Shown in pieces: positions 49,616 to 59,988 of a DNA stretch of 64,000 nucleotides. Position 1 is the first letter of the stretch. Each line of letters begins with the position of its first letter. The position numbers and the translations under genes are program-made. The stretch is from Candidatus Binatia bacterium (GTDB taxonomy: Bacteria; Desulfobacterota; Binatia; HRBIN30): contig JBBRSP010000004.1 of assembly GCA_038245295.1 (NCBI GenBank), positions 267,137 through 331,136 of the forward strand, written 5' to 3'. The notes below the pieces were generated by a model. That model saw nothing but the letters and a program-made list of their open reading frames with translations, was not told the DNA's origin and made no database searches.

Positions 49616-52600
49616 ATGGAAGACAACGCCGACATGAACAAAAGCGGACCTTCTTTGGAAGATTTCGTCCTCCTGCAATCGTCGCTCGAAGAATTGCGGG
49701 TCGAACGCGATGAGCTGCTGACCAAGATCCAGTCGTTCGAGGGATTGAACGACGAACAAAACAAGCTCGCCGAATCGCAACTACAGGAGGCGCGCGCCCA
49801 GGTCGAAGCACTCAAGAAGAACACACAGAAGGTTCGCGAACGACTTGAAGCGGAAGTTCGCGTCTCAGCGGCGCGCGCCGGCGAAGCCGAACGCGCCGGC
49901 GAAACCCATGCGCGTGCACGCGCCGAGTTGGAAGCACTCTACAATGATCAATCAGCCCGGTTCGAAGAGGCAGCCGTGCGGCTCGCCGATCTCGAGACCG
50001 AGAGCATGATCTATACGGCGGAGCTCGAGCGTGTCACCGAGGAGAACGACGCTGCTCGCTGCCGCATCGATGAACTTTCGCTCGCCTTGGAGGAACACGC
50101 GGCTCGAATCACGGCCGCCGAAGAAGCCGCAACGGAAGCTCAACTTCATGGCGCCGAGACCGCGGCCTCGCTCGATGAGCTCGGGACGCGTCATGGCGAT
50201 CTGCAAGCCACACACCAGGCGCTGGTGTCCGAACGCGAGCTGCTGGTCGGCACAGTCCAGGAATTGCGGGACACGATCGAACGCGTCGAATCTACCCTCT
50301 CCGCCGAAAGTACGGCCAAACGGGGCGCTGAAGCTGGCCGTGCTGCCGACGCACGCGCCCATGAAGAAGAGCGCACCGATTGGGAGCGCTTAGCAGCGGA
50401 CCGCGAGTCCGAGCTTGTTGCGGCGCGTGACGAGGTTGCCCAGACACTCGAAGCCGAACAGTCCTCTCTGTTCCTGGCCCGGCAACGGATTGATGAACTC
50501 ACCGCAAAGCTTTGCGATGCCGAGTCACGGGTCGCGGCGGCGGGGACCGAGTCGCTGCGGCTGGAAGAAGAAATCGAAGAGCTGCGCCAGGAACAAGACC
50601 GTCAGCGGCGGGTCTTCGAGGCAAGCGCCCGCCAACGCGAGGAGCAGCACGCATCACAGGCCGCCGCCGAGCAAGCACGCTTCCAAAGTGAGATCGATCA
50701 GCGCGGTGCGCAGCTACGCGAGCTGCAACACCAGATCGAGCGGCTGCAAGAGGAGTTGCAGGGTGCAAACACCGAAGCGGGGCGGACCCGGCAGGAGTTG
50801 GTACGCCTACGTTCCGAGCTGGAGGACTCGCAGCTTCAGGTTGCCACCCAACAGGCAGCCATTGAGTCGGCGCGCACCCACATCAGCCTCTTGGAAGCGC
50901 AAATCATCGAGCGTGACTCCGAAGTTCAGAGATTGGCCGCCCGAGTAAACACGAGCGAACAAGGGTCGCGTGATCGTGACGCGACAATTGTCCGACTCGG
51001 CCAAGAGGCCGAGGCGGCACATGTGCAGTTCGAGTCCGAGATGGCAACGGTACGCGGCTCCGTCGACACCCAACGCCTGGCGTTGGAAGCGGCGCGAGCC
51101 CAGATCCACGCCCTGGAGACACGCGCCGCGGACGGAGACGCGCAACGAACACGGCTCGGCGGCCACATCGTCGAGCTCGAACAGGCCGTGAAGGACGGCG
51201 AGGCCGCCCTCAGCGCCGCACAGCGCAACGCCGAAGCGGCGGCCCGGCGGGCTGCCGAAGAGTTGCACCACCTCAGCGCGGCAGCAGCCGAAAAGTTCGC
51301 CGCCTTGGATGCATCCCGCAACGGGCTGGCGTCCGAGCTCACCGAGGCCCGTGCCCGGCTCGACAAAACGACACACGATCTGGAGGCCGCACAGCGGCGG
51401 GTCAGTGCTCTCGAATCGGAACGCACGCAGCTTCAAGGACAGCTGGCCAAGCTGAGCGACGAACTCGGCACCCAAGCCGCGTCTTTGGCCCAGGGACAAA
51501 CCGAAGCCATTGCCGAACGACAACAATCGGCGGCCGAACGCAGCAAGCTGCAGGCAGAGATTCGGCAGCAAACCGCGCGCTGGCAGGAGGATACGGCTCG
51601 GCTGAACTCCCAGCGCCAGGAGCTGCAGGCCGAGGCGCAACGCCTCGTGACACGTGTCGAAGCGCTGAGCGCCGAGCTGACGGAAGCTCGCGCCAACCAC
51701 GACGCCACCAGTGCCGCCCTCGGGCAAGCGCAAGCGGAGATCCAAGCGCGGATCCAGCAGTACGAACAGCTCGAGACTGAATCGCTGCAGCTCATCGAGG
51801 GCCACGACACGGCAACAGCCGAACTACGCCAGCGTTCGCTCGAACGAGATCACGAATGGGAACAGAGTCTGGCCGACGCAACGGCTCGCTACGATGACCT
51901 GAACCGGGAACTGAACGCGGCGCGTGAGCGGCTCGAGTCGGCGCTTGACGAGAGCCGGTTGCGCCACGACCAGATCTCCCAGATCGCCGCCGATCTCGAT
52001 CAGGCGCGCCAAATGAATGTCGAACAAGGGCAGGCGATCGAGAGCTTGCAGACGCACAACGCCGCGCTCCTGGAGCAGCTGCAAGACGAACGACAACGCG
52101 GCGCCGCCAGCCTGGAGGAAGCACACAGTCAACTGGCCGAGGCTACCGCGTTGCTCGACAAGGAACGCCTGCACGCCGCTGAAGAAGCGGAGAGAACGGC
52201 CGACACCACACGCGAGCTAGCGAGTGCCGTCGCGGGCGCGCGGCGTGAGATTGCGGAGCTGCGAACGGCTCGCGATCAAGTTGCCGAACAACTTGCCGCC
52301 AGCTCGGCATTGGGCGAGAAACAGGCCCTCGAGCTGTCGCAACTGGGCGAACGCCTGACAGCCAGCGAAGTGCTGATCTCCCAGGCCCAGCGACAATCGT
52401 CACACGACGCCGAGCGGCTCGCCGGCCTGACGGAGCAGGAGCAGGCGCTCCGCCAACGAATCGCCACGTTGCAAGAGGAGACCGCCGAGCAGCAGCACAC
52501 GATCCGCACTTTCGAGACCCAACTCGGAGAGCTCACGGCCGAGCTAGAACGTCGCCAAAGGTTGAGCGAGGAAGCGCAACAGAGACTGAGCGACATGAAT

Positions 52601-55399
52601 CGCACCTTGGAGCTACGCGATGCTCGGATGACCGAACTAGCGGCGCAGCTCGAGGCTCAGCAGCAGGCAATGCGCGCGCTCCAAGACGAGACAACCGCTT
52701 CGGGGCGTGAGGCCGAGGAGCGTCTTGCGGATCTGGCAACGCAGTTGCAAACCAGCGACGAGACGTCGACCGCGGCGCGCCAACAGGCCGGCGAAGCCGC
52801 GCTGCGGGCCAACGAGCGAATTGGAGAGCTCGAGAAAAACATCGCCGCGCTGCGGGAGGAACAGGCAGCGCTGTTGGAGTCACGCACCGATCTGGAGCGC
52901 CTACGCGATTCGTTGCGCCAGGATCTCCTCGAAGCGCAAGCCGCTACCGAATCCGCGGAGAACGCTCGAGCCCAAACACGCGACGACATCGATGGTCGAA
53001 TCGTACAGCTGACCGGCGAGCTCAAGACCCGCAGCGGGGAACTCGAGACAACACGCCGAGAGCTGGGGATCCTGCGGGAATCCAAAGAGATGGCGGAGCG
53101 CTCGGTGGCGACGGCGGAGAGTGCACGACGCAAGCTAGCCACGGAAATCAGTCAGCTGCGCGAACAGGCGACTCAAGCAGAAGCAGCCCTGCGCCAACGA
53201 GCTGAGAAGAGCTCTGAGCAATTGCTCGAGACCCTGCGCCAACGGGATGCCGCACTCGCGGCTCTGCAACTCTCCTTGGACGCGGCGACAGCGCAACTCG
53301 CTAAGGAAGAACTGGCCCGTAGTCAGGCCGAGCAGGACGCGACGGCGGCACGCGACCAGATCCGTGCATTCGAGGCGGCCCAGCAGAGCGGAACACAGGC
53401 GGCCACAGCGGCAGAGGGCGAGCGGCGCGATCAGTTACAAGCTGTCACAGCGGGCTTGGCAGAGCAGCAGCGCTTGCTGACTGAGGCCGAGGCGCGTCTC
53501 GTCGATAGCGACGCCCGGGCGGCGCACGCCACTGCTCAACTGGAGGCCTTGCAGGAAGAATCGGTCAGCATCCTGCTGGCCCAAGAGGTCCAGAGCGAGC
53601 AGATCGCTGAGATGACGGCGGAACGCGCGGCCTTGCAGGGGCAGCTGAATCAGCTGCAAAGCACGTTACAGACGGCACAAGCAGAACACGCACGTTTGCT
53701 GCAAGAAGCGACCGCCAACGCGCCACAACGCACCGAAGACGACGCGGATCGACGGGCGCTCTCGGCACGCGTCGAGCAGCTCTCGGCACGCGTACGCCAA
53801 ATGGAGCTTGCCAGCTCCGACTTGCAGAAAGCCCTGCAGGAGGCAACCAAGGCACGCGACTACGCCACCAGCCAACTCATGCAGCGCGATAAGGACCACC
53901 AGTCGCAGCAGCAGCAGCTGACCGCCGCCGAGGCGGCCTTGAAGCAATACCGGGCAGAAGCGGCCGCGTTGCGCGTCGAATTGACGCATCGAACGAGCGG
54001 GGCCATAGCGGATGTCGAGCGCGAGCGAAACGAACTCAGAACGCAGGTCGAGACACTCTCGACGCTACTCCGCAAACAAGGGATTGAGAACGCCGAGACC
54101 GCCGATCAAGCGCATCAGGCGCATCGGGAAACGCTAGCGAAGGTCGAAGATCTCGTCAGTGAACGGCAAGCGGCGCAACTGCGGCTCGGTGAATTGGAAA
54201 CCCTCACTTCACAGCTTGAACGCGAGTGTGATCGTCTGCGACGCGAACGCAGCTCCGGCGATGAAGCTCGACGATTCAAAGGAGAAGTTGTGCGGCTCGA
54301 GGCTCGCCTGGAAGAGCTCGATCGCCAACGTACGGAGGCCGTGCAGAATCACTCGGCGGCGGTAGCCGGTTATATGGTCGAGTTGAACCAGCGGAGCGAA
54401 TCTCTGTTGGATCGCGAGCAGCAGCTCAGCAAGATCAGCGAAGAGCTGGTGATGACGCGACAGAAGCTCGATGATGCCGTCGCGCAGTTCACCCAGGCAC
54501 GTGAGGAGCGCGCCGATCTGGAACGCCAGCTGGACGAGTTGCGCAAAGCAACATCGACTGGAACCACACGCTCAGGCCTGGCGTTCGAAAGCCGCACGGA
54601 GGTTACAGCATCGCCGCCGCCCTCGCGGTCGCAGCTCACGATGCAAGCCGGAGCCTCGATCGAACCTGTCGGCCCGATTACACTCATCCACATCGATGAG
54701 ACCAAGGACATGCGCGAAGCATTGCGTAGCCTCGTCACCCAGGTTCCCGGTTCGCGATATCTCAACACGATGGATATCGATCGCCTAAAGACCACCGGAA
54801 CGACCGTTCTCGCCGTCAATCTTTTGAACCGAGTCCACGATCCACTGGCGGCGATCCGCGGCGCCATCAATACCGAGAATATGCTAGTGTTTGCCTACTG
54901 CGCCGATGCTCAGTTTGGCTTTTCGTTTGGCGACGTCACGTTCTTCGCGCCGCCGCTCGACCCCGAGCAGTGCATTTCATGGCTCAGCAACAAGCGTGGC
55001 GGCTCGGTCCAACGAATGCTCGCGGCGAGCAACAATGTGGAGATGACAAGCTCGCTGCGCAGTGCACTCGCCAAGGTGCGCTGTTCGGCCTCGGTGGCGC
55101 TCGACATGCGGCAGGTCACGGATCTGGTGCCGATGATCAATCCGGAGGCTGTGTTGATCGACTTGGCCTTGCCACGTGCCGAGGGACTGCGGTTGATAAG
55201 CCGTATCCGCAATGACAACAAAACCCACAACCTGCCGCTTGGCGTTGTCCTGCCGGACAAGGCCGGACTTGCCGAGTTCCGGCAGCACGCCCCGCGGGCA
55301 GCGCGCGAGTCGTCATTGAGCGCGGCCCAACTGGCTCAATCTCTTGCGAAACGACTCGGCCTGAGTTTGCCCGAAGCGGCCGTGGCAAAGGCAGGCTGA
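49616..55399 (+). CDS. Giant coiled-coil protein with C-terminal degenerate receiver domains
   Basis: AGGAGG SD; about 1650 aa of E/A/L/R/Q-rich, nearly Pro-free heptads; tail contains PEAVLIDLALPRAEGLRLISRIR. Confidence 0.88.
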   Translation: MEDNADMNKSGPSLEDFVLLQSSLEELRVERDELLTKIQSFEGLNDEQNKLAESQLQEARAQVEALKKNTQKVRERLEAEVRVSAARAGEAERAGETHARARAELEALYNDQSARFEEAAVRLADLETESMIYTAELERVTEENDAARCRIDELSLALEEHAARITAAEEAATEAQLHGAETAASLDELGTRHGDLQATHQALVSERELLVGTVQELRDTIERVESTLSAESTAKRGAEAGRAADARAHEEERTDWERLAADRESELVAARDEVAQTLEAEQSSLFLARQRIDELTAKLCDAESRVAAAGTESLRLEEEIEELRQEQDRQRRVFEASARQREEQHASQAAAEQARFQSEIDQRGAQLRELQHQIERLQEELQGANTEAGRTRQELVRLRSELEDSQLQVATQQAAIESARTHISLLEAQIIERDSEVQRLAARVNTSEQGSRDRDATIVRLGQEAEAAHVQFESEMATVRGSVDTQRLALEAARAQIHALETRAADGDAQRTRLGGHIVELEQAVKDGEAALSAAQRNAEAAARRAAEELHHLSAAAAEKFAALDASRNGLASELTEARARLDKTTHDLEAAQRRVSALESERTQLQGQLAKLSDELGTQAASLAQGQTEAIAERQQSAAERSKLQAEIRQQTARWQEDTARLNSQRQELQAEAQRLVTRVEALSAELTEARANHDATSAALGQAQAEIQARIQQYEQLETESLQLIEGHDTATAELRQRSLERDHEWEQSLADATARYDDLNRELNAARERLESALDESRLRHDQISQIAADLDQARQMNVEQGQAIESLQTHNAALLEQLQDERQRGAASLEEAHSQLAEATALLDKERLHAAEEAERTADTTRELASAVAGARREIAELRTARDQVAEQLAASSALGEKQALELSQLGERLTASEVLISQAQRQSSHDAERLAGLTEQEQALRQRIATLQEETAEQQHTIRTFETQLGELTAELERRQRLSEEAQQRLSDMNRTLELRDARMTELAAQLEAQQQAMRALQDETTASGREAEERLADLATQLQTSDETSTAARQQAGEAALRANERIGELEKNIAALREEQAALLESRTDLERLRDSLRQDLLEAQAATESAENARAQTRDDIDGRIVQLTGELKTRSGELETTRRELGILRESKEMAERSVATAESARRKLATEISQLREQATQAEAALRQRAEKSSEQLLETLRQRDAALAALQLSLDAATAQLAKEELARSQAEQDATAARDQIRAFEAAQQSGTQAATAAEGERRDQLQAVTAGLAEQQRLLTEAEARLVDSDARAAHATAQLEALQEESVSILLAQEVQSEQIAEMTAERAALQGQLNQLQSTLQTAQAEHARLLQEATANAPQRTEDDADRRALSARVEQLSARVRQMELASSDLQKALQEATKARDYATSQLMQRDKDHQSQQQQLTAAEAALKQYRAEAAALRVELTHRTSGAIADVERERNELRTQVETLSTLLRKQGIENAETADQAHQAHRETLAKVEDLVSERQAAQLRLGELETLTSQLERECDRLRRERSSGDEARRFKGEVVRLEARLEELDRQRTEAVQNHSAAVAGYMVELNQRSESLLDREQQLSKISEELVMTRQKLDDAVAQFTQAREERADLERQLDELRKATSTGTTRSGLAFESRTEVTASPPPSRSQLTMQAGASIEPVGPITLIHIDETKDMREALRSLVTQVPGSRYLNTMDIDRLKTTGTTVLAVNLLNRVHDPLAAIRGAINTENMLVFAYCADAQFGFSFGDVTFFAPPLDPEQCISWLSNKRGGSVQRMLAASNNVEMTSSLRSALAKVRCSASVALDMRQVTDLVPMINPEAVLIDLALPRAEGLRLISRIRNDNKTHNLPLGVVLPDKAGLAEFRQHAPRAARESSLSAAQLAQSLAKRLGLSLPEAAVAKAG

Positions 55400-55458
55400 T
55401 TCGCCGAGTCTGAATTTCGAATCTCGAGCTCAACCATTCTCTGGCAGGTTAGAACGAG

Positions 55459-55498
55459 AAGCGGCCCGACGAGCGATGCTCGCCGGGCCGTTTGTTTT
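55459..55498 (+). terminator. Intrinsic terminator after the chemosensory operon
   Basis: CGGCCCG-A-CGAGC/GAT/GCTCG-C-CGGGCCG hairpin followed by TTTGTTTT, between convergent genes. Confidence 0.8.
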
Positions 55499-55517
55499 GC
55501 AGGAGGGATTCGTTTTC

Positions 55518-56879
55518 TTAGAACGCGTAGACCAACTGAGTGGCGATGGTATCTTGGCCATGCACCGGGTTGCCGTCATGGTTGAACGCCAACTTATCGG
55601 CCTCATCATGCCGATACTCAGTGCGCCAAGTCAGACCATCGACGATTCGGTACGCGATCGTCGGTGTCAAACTCCACACGGTAACGCTGTTCACGCCCGC
55701 AACGGAGAAGCGGCTGTTGTCGCTATCATCAAAGACTTCGCCTCGGAAGGCAAAGCTCAAGTCGTCGGTCGCCTTGACGATGACGTAGCCCGCACCGCCA
55801 TACCAGTCAGCCGTCTTGGTGGTATCGGCAAGCGTTTTGACCGGATCCGTTTCGTTTCCATACGTCCCCTCGACCATTAGCGTCAGCATGTCGATCGGCT
55901 TGATCGTGAACACGGCGGTGTTCGATGATCGTTTCGACGCACCGGCACCGGGCCCGTCACGTTCCGGGCCGTAGATCGAAGACACATAGATCGACAACAT
56001 GTCCATCGGGTTGATTGACACGCCGCCGAGAAAGCTCTTGCCATCGTTGTTGTCGACGACATTTTCCCAACCGTTCACGACACCGGCTTCGATATTGACG
56101 TAGGGACCGAGCGGGAAGCTTGCCGTGATGCCAGTGTGGGTAAACGGGATACCGTACCCGAAGCTGAACGAACGCGACACGTTGGCGTTGAGATTGTCGT
56201 AGTTCGGTATGATTTCGGCGCCCAGGAGCGTGACAAACTTACCGGCTTTCAGGGTGATGCCATCACCGACAGGCACCTTGTAGGTCAAGAACGCTTCGCG
56301 AAGCTCAAACGAATTGGTGCTTTCGCTGTTGCCACCACGGCTCCACAGGGTGCTGCTGCCGACGACCTCGGCGACCTTGCCGAAGTCCATACTTATGACG
56401 AACCCAAAGTTGTCCTTGTTCGTCCGCGAGAAACGCAGGTTCGCCTGGTCGAGCGTGAACGTGTTGTGGTCCGTATCGAAGACTCGCAGGGCATTCTGGG
56501 AATTCGCCGGACGATTGGTGTTGTAAAGGTACGACCCCGCCACCAGGCCATGGATGTCGACGCCGAGCTTTTCCGTGATGGTCTTTTGGACCTCGCGGAC
56601 TTCCTTCTCGAGCGCATTGGAGCGCTGCTGAATCTTCTTATGGTCTTCGGCCGTGGTCTTCTGCTCCGCCTCGGTCTTCTTCTCGAGTGCCCTGACGCGG
56701 CCCTCTAGATCCGACGTGGCGGCAGGCTGTTTCGGGGCTGCTTTCGCAGGAGCCGCCTCTGCCTTGGGGACGGCTGTTGCTTTCTTTTTGGCCTTGGCCT
56801 GCGCGGCTTGCGGACCGGCAGCAACCACCATGGCACCCACCACCAACCACCCTGCCCAACCCCACTTCATCCTCTCCAT
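55518..56879 (-). CDS. Outer-membrane beta-barrel porin with N-terminal coiled coil
   Basis: Signal peptide; GKFVTLLGAE, IPFTHTG, NGWE and RTEYRHD motifs; terminal YAF. Confidence 0.85.
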   Translation of the reverse strand: MERMKWGWAGWLVVGAMVVAAGPQAAQAKAKKKATAVPKAEAAPAKAAPKQPAATSDLEGRVRALEKKTEAEQKTTAEDHKKIQQRSNALEKEVREVQKTITEKLGVDIHGLVAGSYLYNTNRPANSQNALRVFDTDHNTFTLDQANLRFSRTNKDNFGFVISMDFGKVAEVVGSSTLWSRGGNSESTNSFELREAFLTYKVPVGDGITLKAGKFVTLLGAEIIPNYDNLNANVSRSFSFGYGIPFTHTGITASFPLGPYVNIEAGVVNGWENVVDNNDGKSFLGGVSINPMDMLSIYVSSIYGPERDGPGAGASKRSSNTAVFTIKPIDMLTLMVEGTYGNETDPVKTLADTTKTADWYGGAGYVIVKATDDLSFAFRGEVFDDSDNSRFSVAGVNSVTVWSLTPTIAYRIVDGLTWRTEYRHDEADKLAFNHDGNPVHGQDTIATQLVYAF

Positions 56880-56966
56880 CACCAACCTCCCTTTCCATGG
56901 TGCGGCGAGCCCTCCTCGCCGCCAATTTCACAAGCGCGTACATGCGCGTTGTGTCCACTCGGGGTG

Positions 56967-58760
56967 CTACCTGGTCGCCGAGGCCGTTGTCTCCTCCGTG
57001 GCTTCGCGCAACTGCCCACGCAACACCTGCAAGACAAAGCCGTCGCGGTGCAAACCGTCGGCTCTCACTTGGACGTTGCCGGTAGCACCCAGAACAGTCG
57101 CCCCCTGCAGGTCACTCCACGCCGCCGAACGCGACGCAGAATGCAGAACGTGCTTCGCCAGGAGGCCAGCGTCATAAGCCTGTGCTTCGAGCGAACCCGG
57201 CATCGAGCCGTTTTCCTTCTGATAGTGGGCGACGAAGTCACGCACCGAATCCCGGGTGCTGGCTTCATAGAAGGCAGCGGCAAAAAGAATCCCACTTGAG
57301 GCAGTATCTCCGTCCGCCAGCGATTCCCAACCTTGCGCGCCGAGTAGCGTGACATCAGGGAGCTCTGATTCAAGGAACTTCGCCACCGGTGCGGCCATGG
57401 TGGCGCCGTCGGCGAGGAACACCGCCTGGACGTCTTGCTCCTTGCGCCACCGGCGCAGGATACCGGGAGCCACCGCACGGGTCTCCGGACTGTAACTATC
57501 CGAGACCACAACGCTGCCACCGCGTTTGGCCATTCCCTGCTTGAGATCGGCGAGAATTGCGTTGCCGTACGCCGTATTTGCGTACACGACACCCAAGCGC
57601 CGGATGCGTGCGGTGTTGACCGCGTAATCGAGGAGATCGTCCAGCAACCCCGCATGAGTGATTCCGGCTTGCACGCTGTAGCTACCGTTCAAAGCCGGAT
57701 CTGCGGAGAGCAGCAGTGTCGGTAAATGCATACGCCCGGCACGGGCGGCGATCGGCGCTGCCGCATCGCCATCGAGAGGACCGATCACCGCGACGACGTT
57801 TTGATGGCTCGCCAAGTCTTCATAGGCCTGGACAACCCCGCCGGCGCCGGTATCACGCACTCGAATGCGTTTTGCCTCATCGCCCAAGGCCATTCGTATA
57901 GCCTTTAGGGACCGATCTCCGGCCGCCGCATTCGACCCGCTCATCGGGAGCAGGACGCCGATAACGGCATCATTGCCGACTGCCACTTCGGCAGCCCGTT
58001 GTGCAGCCACGTGATCTTCGGGGCCGGTCTCGATATTGGCGCCTGGGGGAACCGGCACGCCGCCCGCAGTGACATCAGGGGGAGCCTCCCCGTCATCGAC
58101 GTCGGCTTCGGTCGGCTCAGCCGCGGCAGCCACGGGTGCAGCTGCGGCAGGCACGTCCACACCCTCGAATTCGGGCATTGGCTCATCAAGCGACGGCGCC
58201 TTGCGCTTTGCCGACTGCTCTTGGAGAAGCTCGGAAACGCCGGTCGTCGTAACGGCCTTCTTGGCGGCGGCGAGCTCGGCCTCGCTCATGGCACGCGCCA
58301 CCGTAACGATGCGAATGCGCAACTTTGGCCGATCGGTCTCGGCCGCCGAACTCCAAGCCTCGTCCCACGCGGCAATCGCGGCGACTGGCTGCCCCAGTGC
58401 TTTCTCCGCATCGCCGCGCAACGCATCAACCTGGACCCATCGAGCGTCCGGGTAACGCCGTTGCAAGTCGTCGAGCGCCACCAAGGTGTTGTCGTATTGC
58501 CCGAGTTGGAATTCCGAGAGGGCTTCCTTGTAGAGGGCCCTGGCGGTGTACTCGTCGCGATCGATCAGATCGACGTGGGCCCGATAGGCTTTGATCGCTG
58601 TGTCGTAGTCACGGTAGCGATAGGCCTCGTCACCACGACGCACGGCCAAGGGCGCTTCGGGTGGGGCCTTAATTTTCGGTCCACACGCAGCCACCATCAC
58701 CACACTACCAAGGAGGACCCACATCAGGGGTCCAACTGAACGCCAGACGTGTCGAGGCAT
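56967..58760 (-). CDS. LpoA/LppC-like lipoprotein (TPR plus periplasmic-binding-protein fold)
   Basis: Lipobox VAAC; TPR helices; IGVLLPMSG, VIGPL and EAQAYDA motifs. TGATG coupling with dnaJ. Confidence 0.8.
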   Translation of the reverse strand: MPRHVWRSVGPLMWVLLGSVVMVAACGPKIKAPPEAPLAVRRGDEAYRYRDYDTAIKAYRAHVDLIDRDEYTARALYKEALSEFQLGQYDNTLVALDDLQRRYPDARWVQVDALRGDAEKALGQPVAAIAAWDEAWSSAAETDRPKLRIRIVTVARAMSEAELAAAKKAVTTTGVSELLQEQSAKRKAPSLDEPMPEFEGVDVPAAAAPVAAAAEPTEADVDDGEAPPDVTAGGVPVPPGANIETGPEDHVAAQRAAEVAVGNDAVIGVLLPMSGSNAAAGDRSLKAIRMALGDEAKRIRVRDTGAGGVVQAYEDLASHQNVVAVIGPLDGDAAAPIAARAGRMHLPTLLLSADPALNGSYSVQAGITHAGLLDDLLDYAVNTARIRRLGVVYANTAYGNAILADLKQGMAKRGGSVVVSDSYSPETRAVAPGILRRWRKEQDVQAVFLADGATMAAPVAKFLESELPDVTLLGAQGWESLADGDTASSGILFAAAFYEASTRDSVRDFVAHYQKENGSMPGSLEAQAYDAGLLAKHVLHSASRSAAWSDLQGATVLGATGNVQVRADGLHRDGFVLQVLRGQLREATEETTASATR

Positions 58761-59887
58761 CACCCGAACATCTCCTTTACCTTGTCGAAGAAACCTTTGG
58801 TCTCAGGGCTTACCTCATCTCCGCTACATCGCGCAAACTCTTCGAGCAGTTCACGTTGGCGTGGGGTGAGCTTTCGTGGGATCTCGACCGTGACCCGTAC
58901 CAGTTGATCGCCGCGACCGCGGCCCCGCAAATCGGGCGCACCTTTGCCGCGCAGGCGAAAGACAGCGCCCGATTGGGTCCCCGCCGGCACCTTCAGCTTG
59001 ATCTTGCCTTCGAGGGTCGGAACCTCGATCTCCGTCCCCAGTGCCGCTTGTGGTATCGCAATTGGAACATCACAAACGATATCGTTGTCTTGGCGTTCGA
59101 AGAGGGGATGGTCTTGCACCGAGATCATCACGTAAAGATCGCCGGCAGGACCACCACCGGCACCCGCTTCACCCTCACCGCGCAGCTTGAGGCGCGAGCC
59201 ATTATCGACCCCGCCCGGGATCTGAACACTGAGATTGCTGGTTTTCTGAACGGTGCCGCGGCCGTTGCAGGTTCGACACGGATCCTTGATGGTGGTTCCC
59301 TGCCCGCCGCACTGACCGCAGGTCTTGGCGATGGTGAAGAAGCCCTGCTGGAATCGAACCTGACCGCTGCCCCGGCAGCCGGTGCAGGTAACACGGTCGC
59401 TACCGTCGCTTGTCCCCTTCCCGGCGCATGCGTCACAAGCCGAAAGACGGGGGACCTTGATTTGTCGCTCGGTTCCGAGGACCGCCTCTTCAAACTTAAT
59501 CTCTAGGTCGTAGCGTAGATCCTCGCCGCGCCGGGCCCGACCACGACCGCCAGCACGCCGGCCCGTGCCGAAGAAGTCGCCGAAAATATCACCGAAAACA
59601 TCTTCGAAGCCGCTGGCGGCAAAGTCGAACCCAAAGCCGCCACCGGCACCGCCGCCCTGCTCGAAGGCGGCATGGCCGAAACGATCGTACTGAGCCCGCT
59701 TCTCGGCGTCACTCAGGACGGCGTACGCTTCGGCCAATTCCTTGAACTGGTCTTCAGCGGCTTTGTCGCCCGGGTTGCGATCGGGATGACATTGCATCGC
59801 CAGCTTTCGATAAGCCTTCTTGAGCTCGTCCTCGCTGGCGCTACGGCTGACGCCCAGAACCTCGTAGTAATCGCGTTTTTGCGCCAC
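58760..59887 (-). CDS. dnaJ: Chaperone DnaJ
   Basis: [13 protein letters not shown] region and four CxxCxGxG motifs. GTG 59887 follows GAGGAG. Confidence 0.97.
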   Translation of the reverse strand: MAQKRDYYEVLGVSRSASEDELKKAYRKLAMQCHPDRNPGDKAAEDQFKELAEAYAVLSDAEKRAQYDRFGHAAFEQGGGAGGGFGFDFAASGFEDVFGDIFGDFFGTGRRAGGRGRARRGEDLRYDLEIKFEEAVLGTERQIKVPRLSACDACAGKGTSDGSDRVTCTGCRGSGQVRFQQGFFTIAKTCGQCGGQGTTIKDPCRTCNGRGTVQKTSNLSVQIPGGVDNGSRLKLRGEGEAGAGGGPAGDLYVMISVQDHPLFERQDNDIVCDVPIAIPQAALGTEIEVPTLEGKIKLKVPAGTQSGAVFRLRGKGAPDLRGRGRGDQLVRVTVEIPRKLTPRQRELLEEFARCSGDEVSPETKGFFDKVKEMFG

Positions 59888-59912
59888 CCCGGTCTCCTCA
59901 CTGGGCTCCATA

Positions 59913-59950
59913 CAAAAGTGTTCCCGGGCAGTCGAGACTGCCCGGGAACA
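59913..59950 (-). terminator. Terminator/attenuating hairpin between dnaK and dnaJ
   Basis: Perfect 15-bp arms at 59919-59933 and 59936-59950, followed by CTTTTG on the minus strand. Confidence 0.8.
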
Positions 59951-59988
59951 TCAGGGAAGGGCGGGAACGAAGAGCGCGGAACCGGGGG

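Noticed and set aside
49616..55399. SMC or phage tape-measure identity for the giant coiled coil
   Set aside because: No Walker A/B, signature motif or hinge seen; no phage genes nearby; it sits in a che operon.
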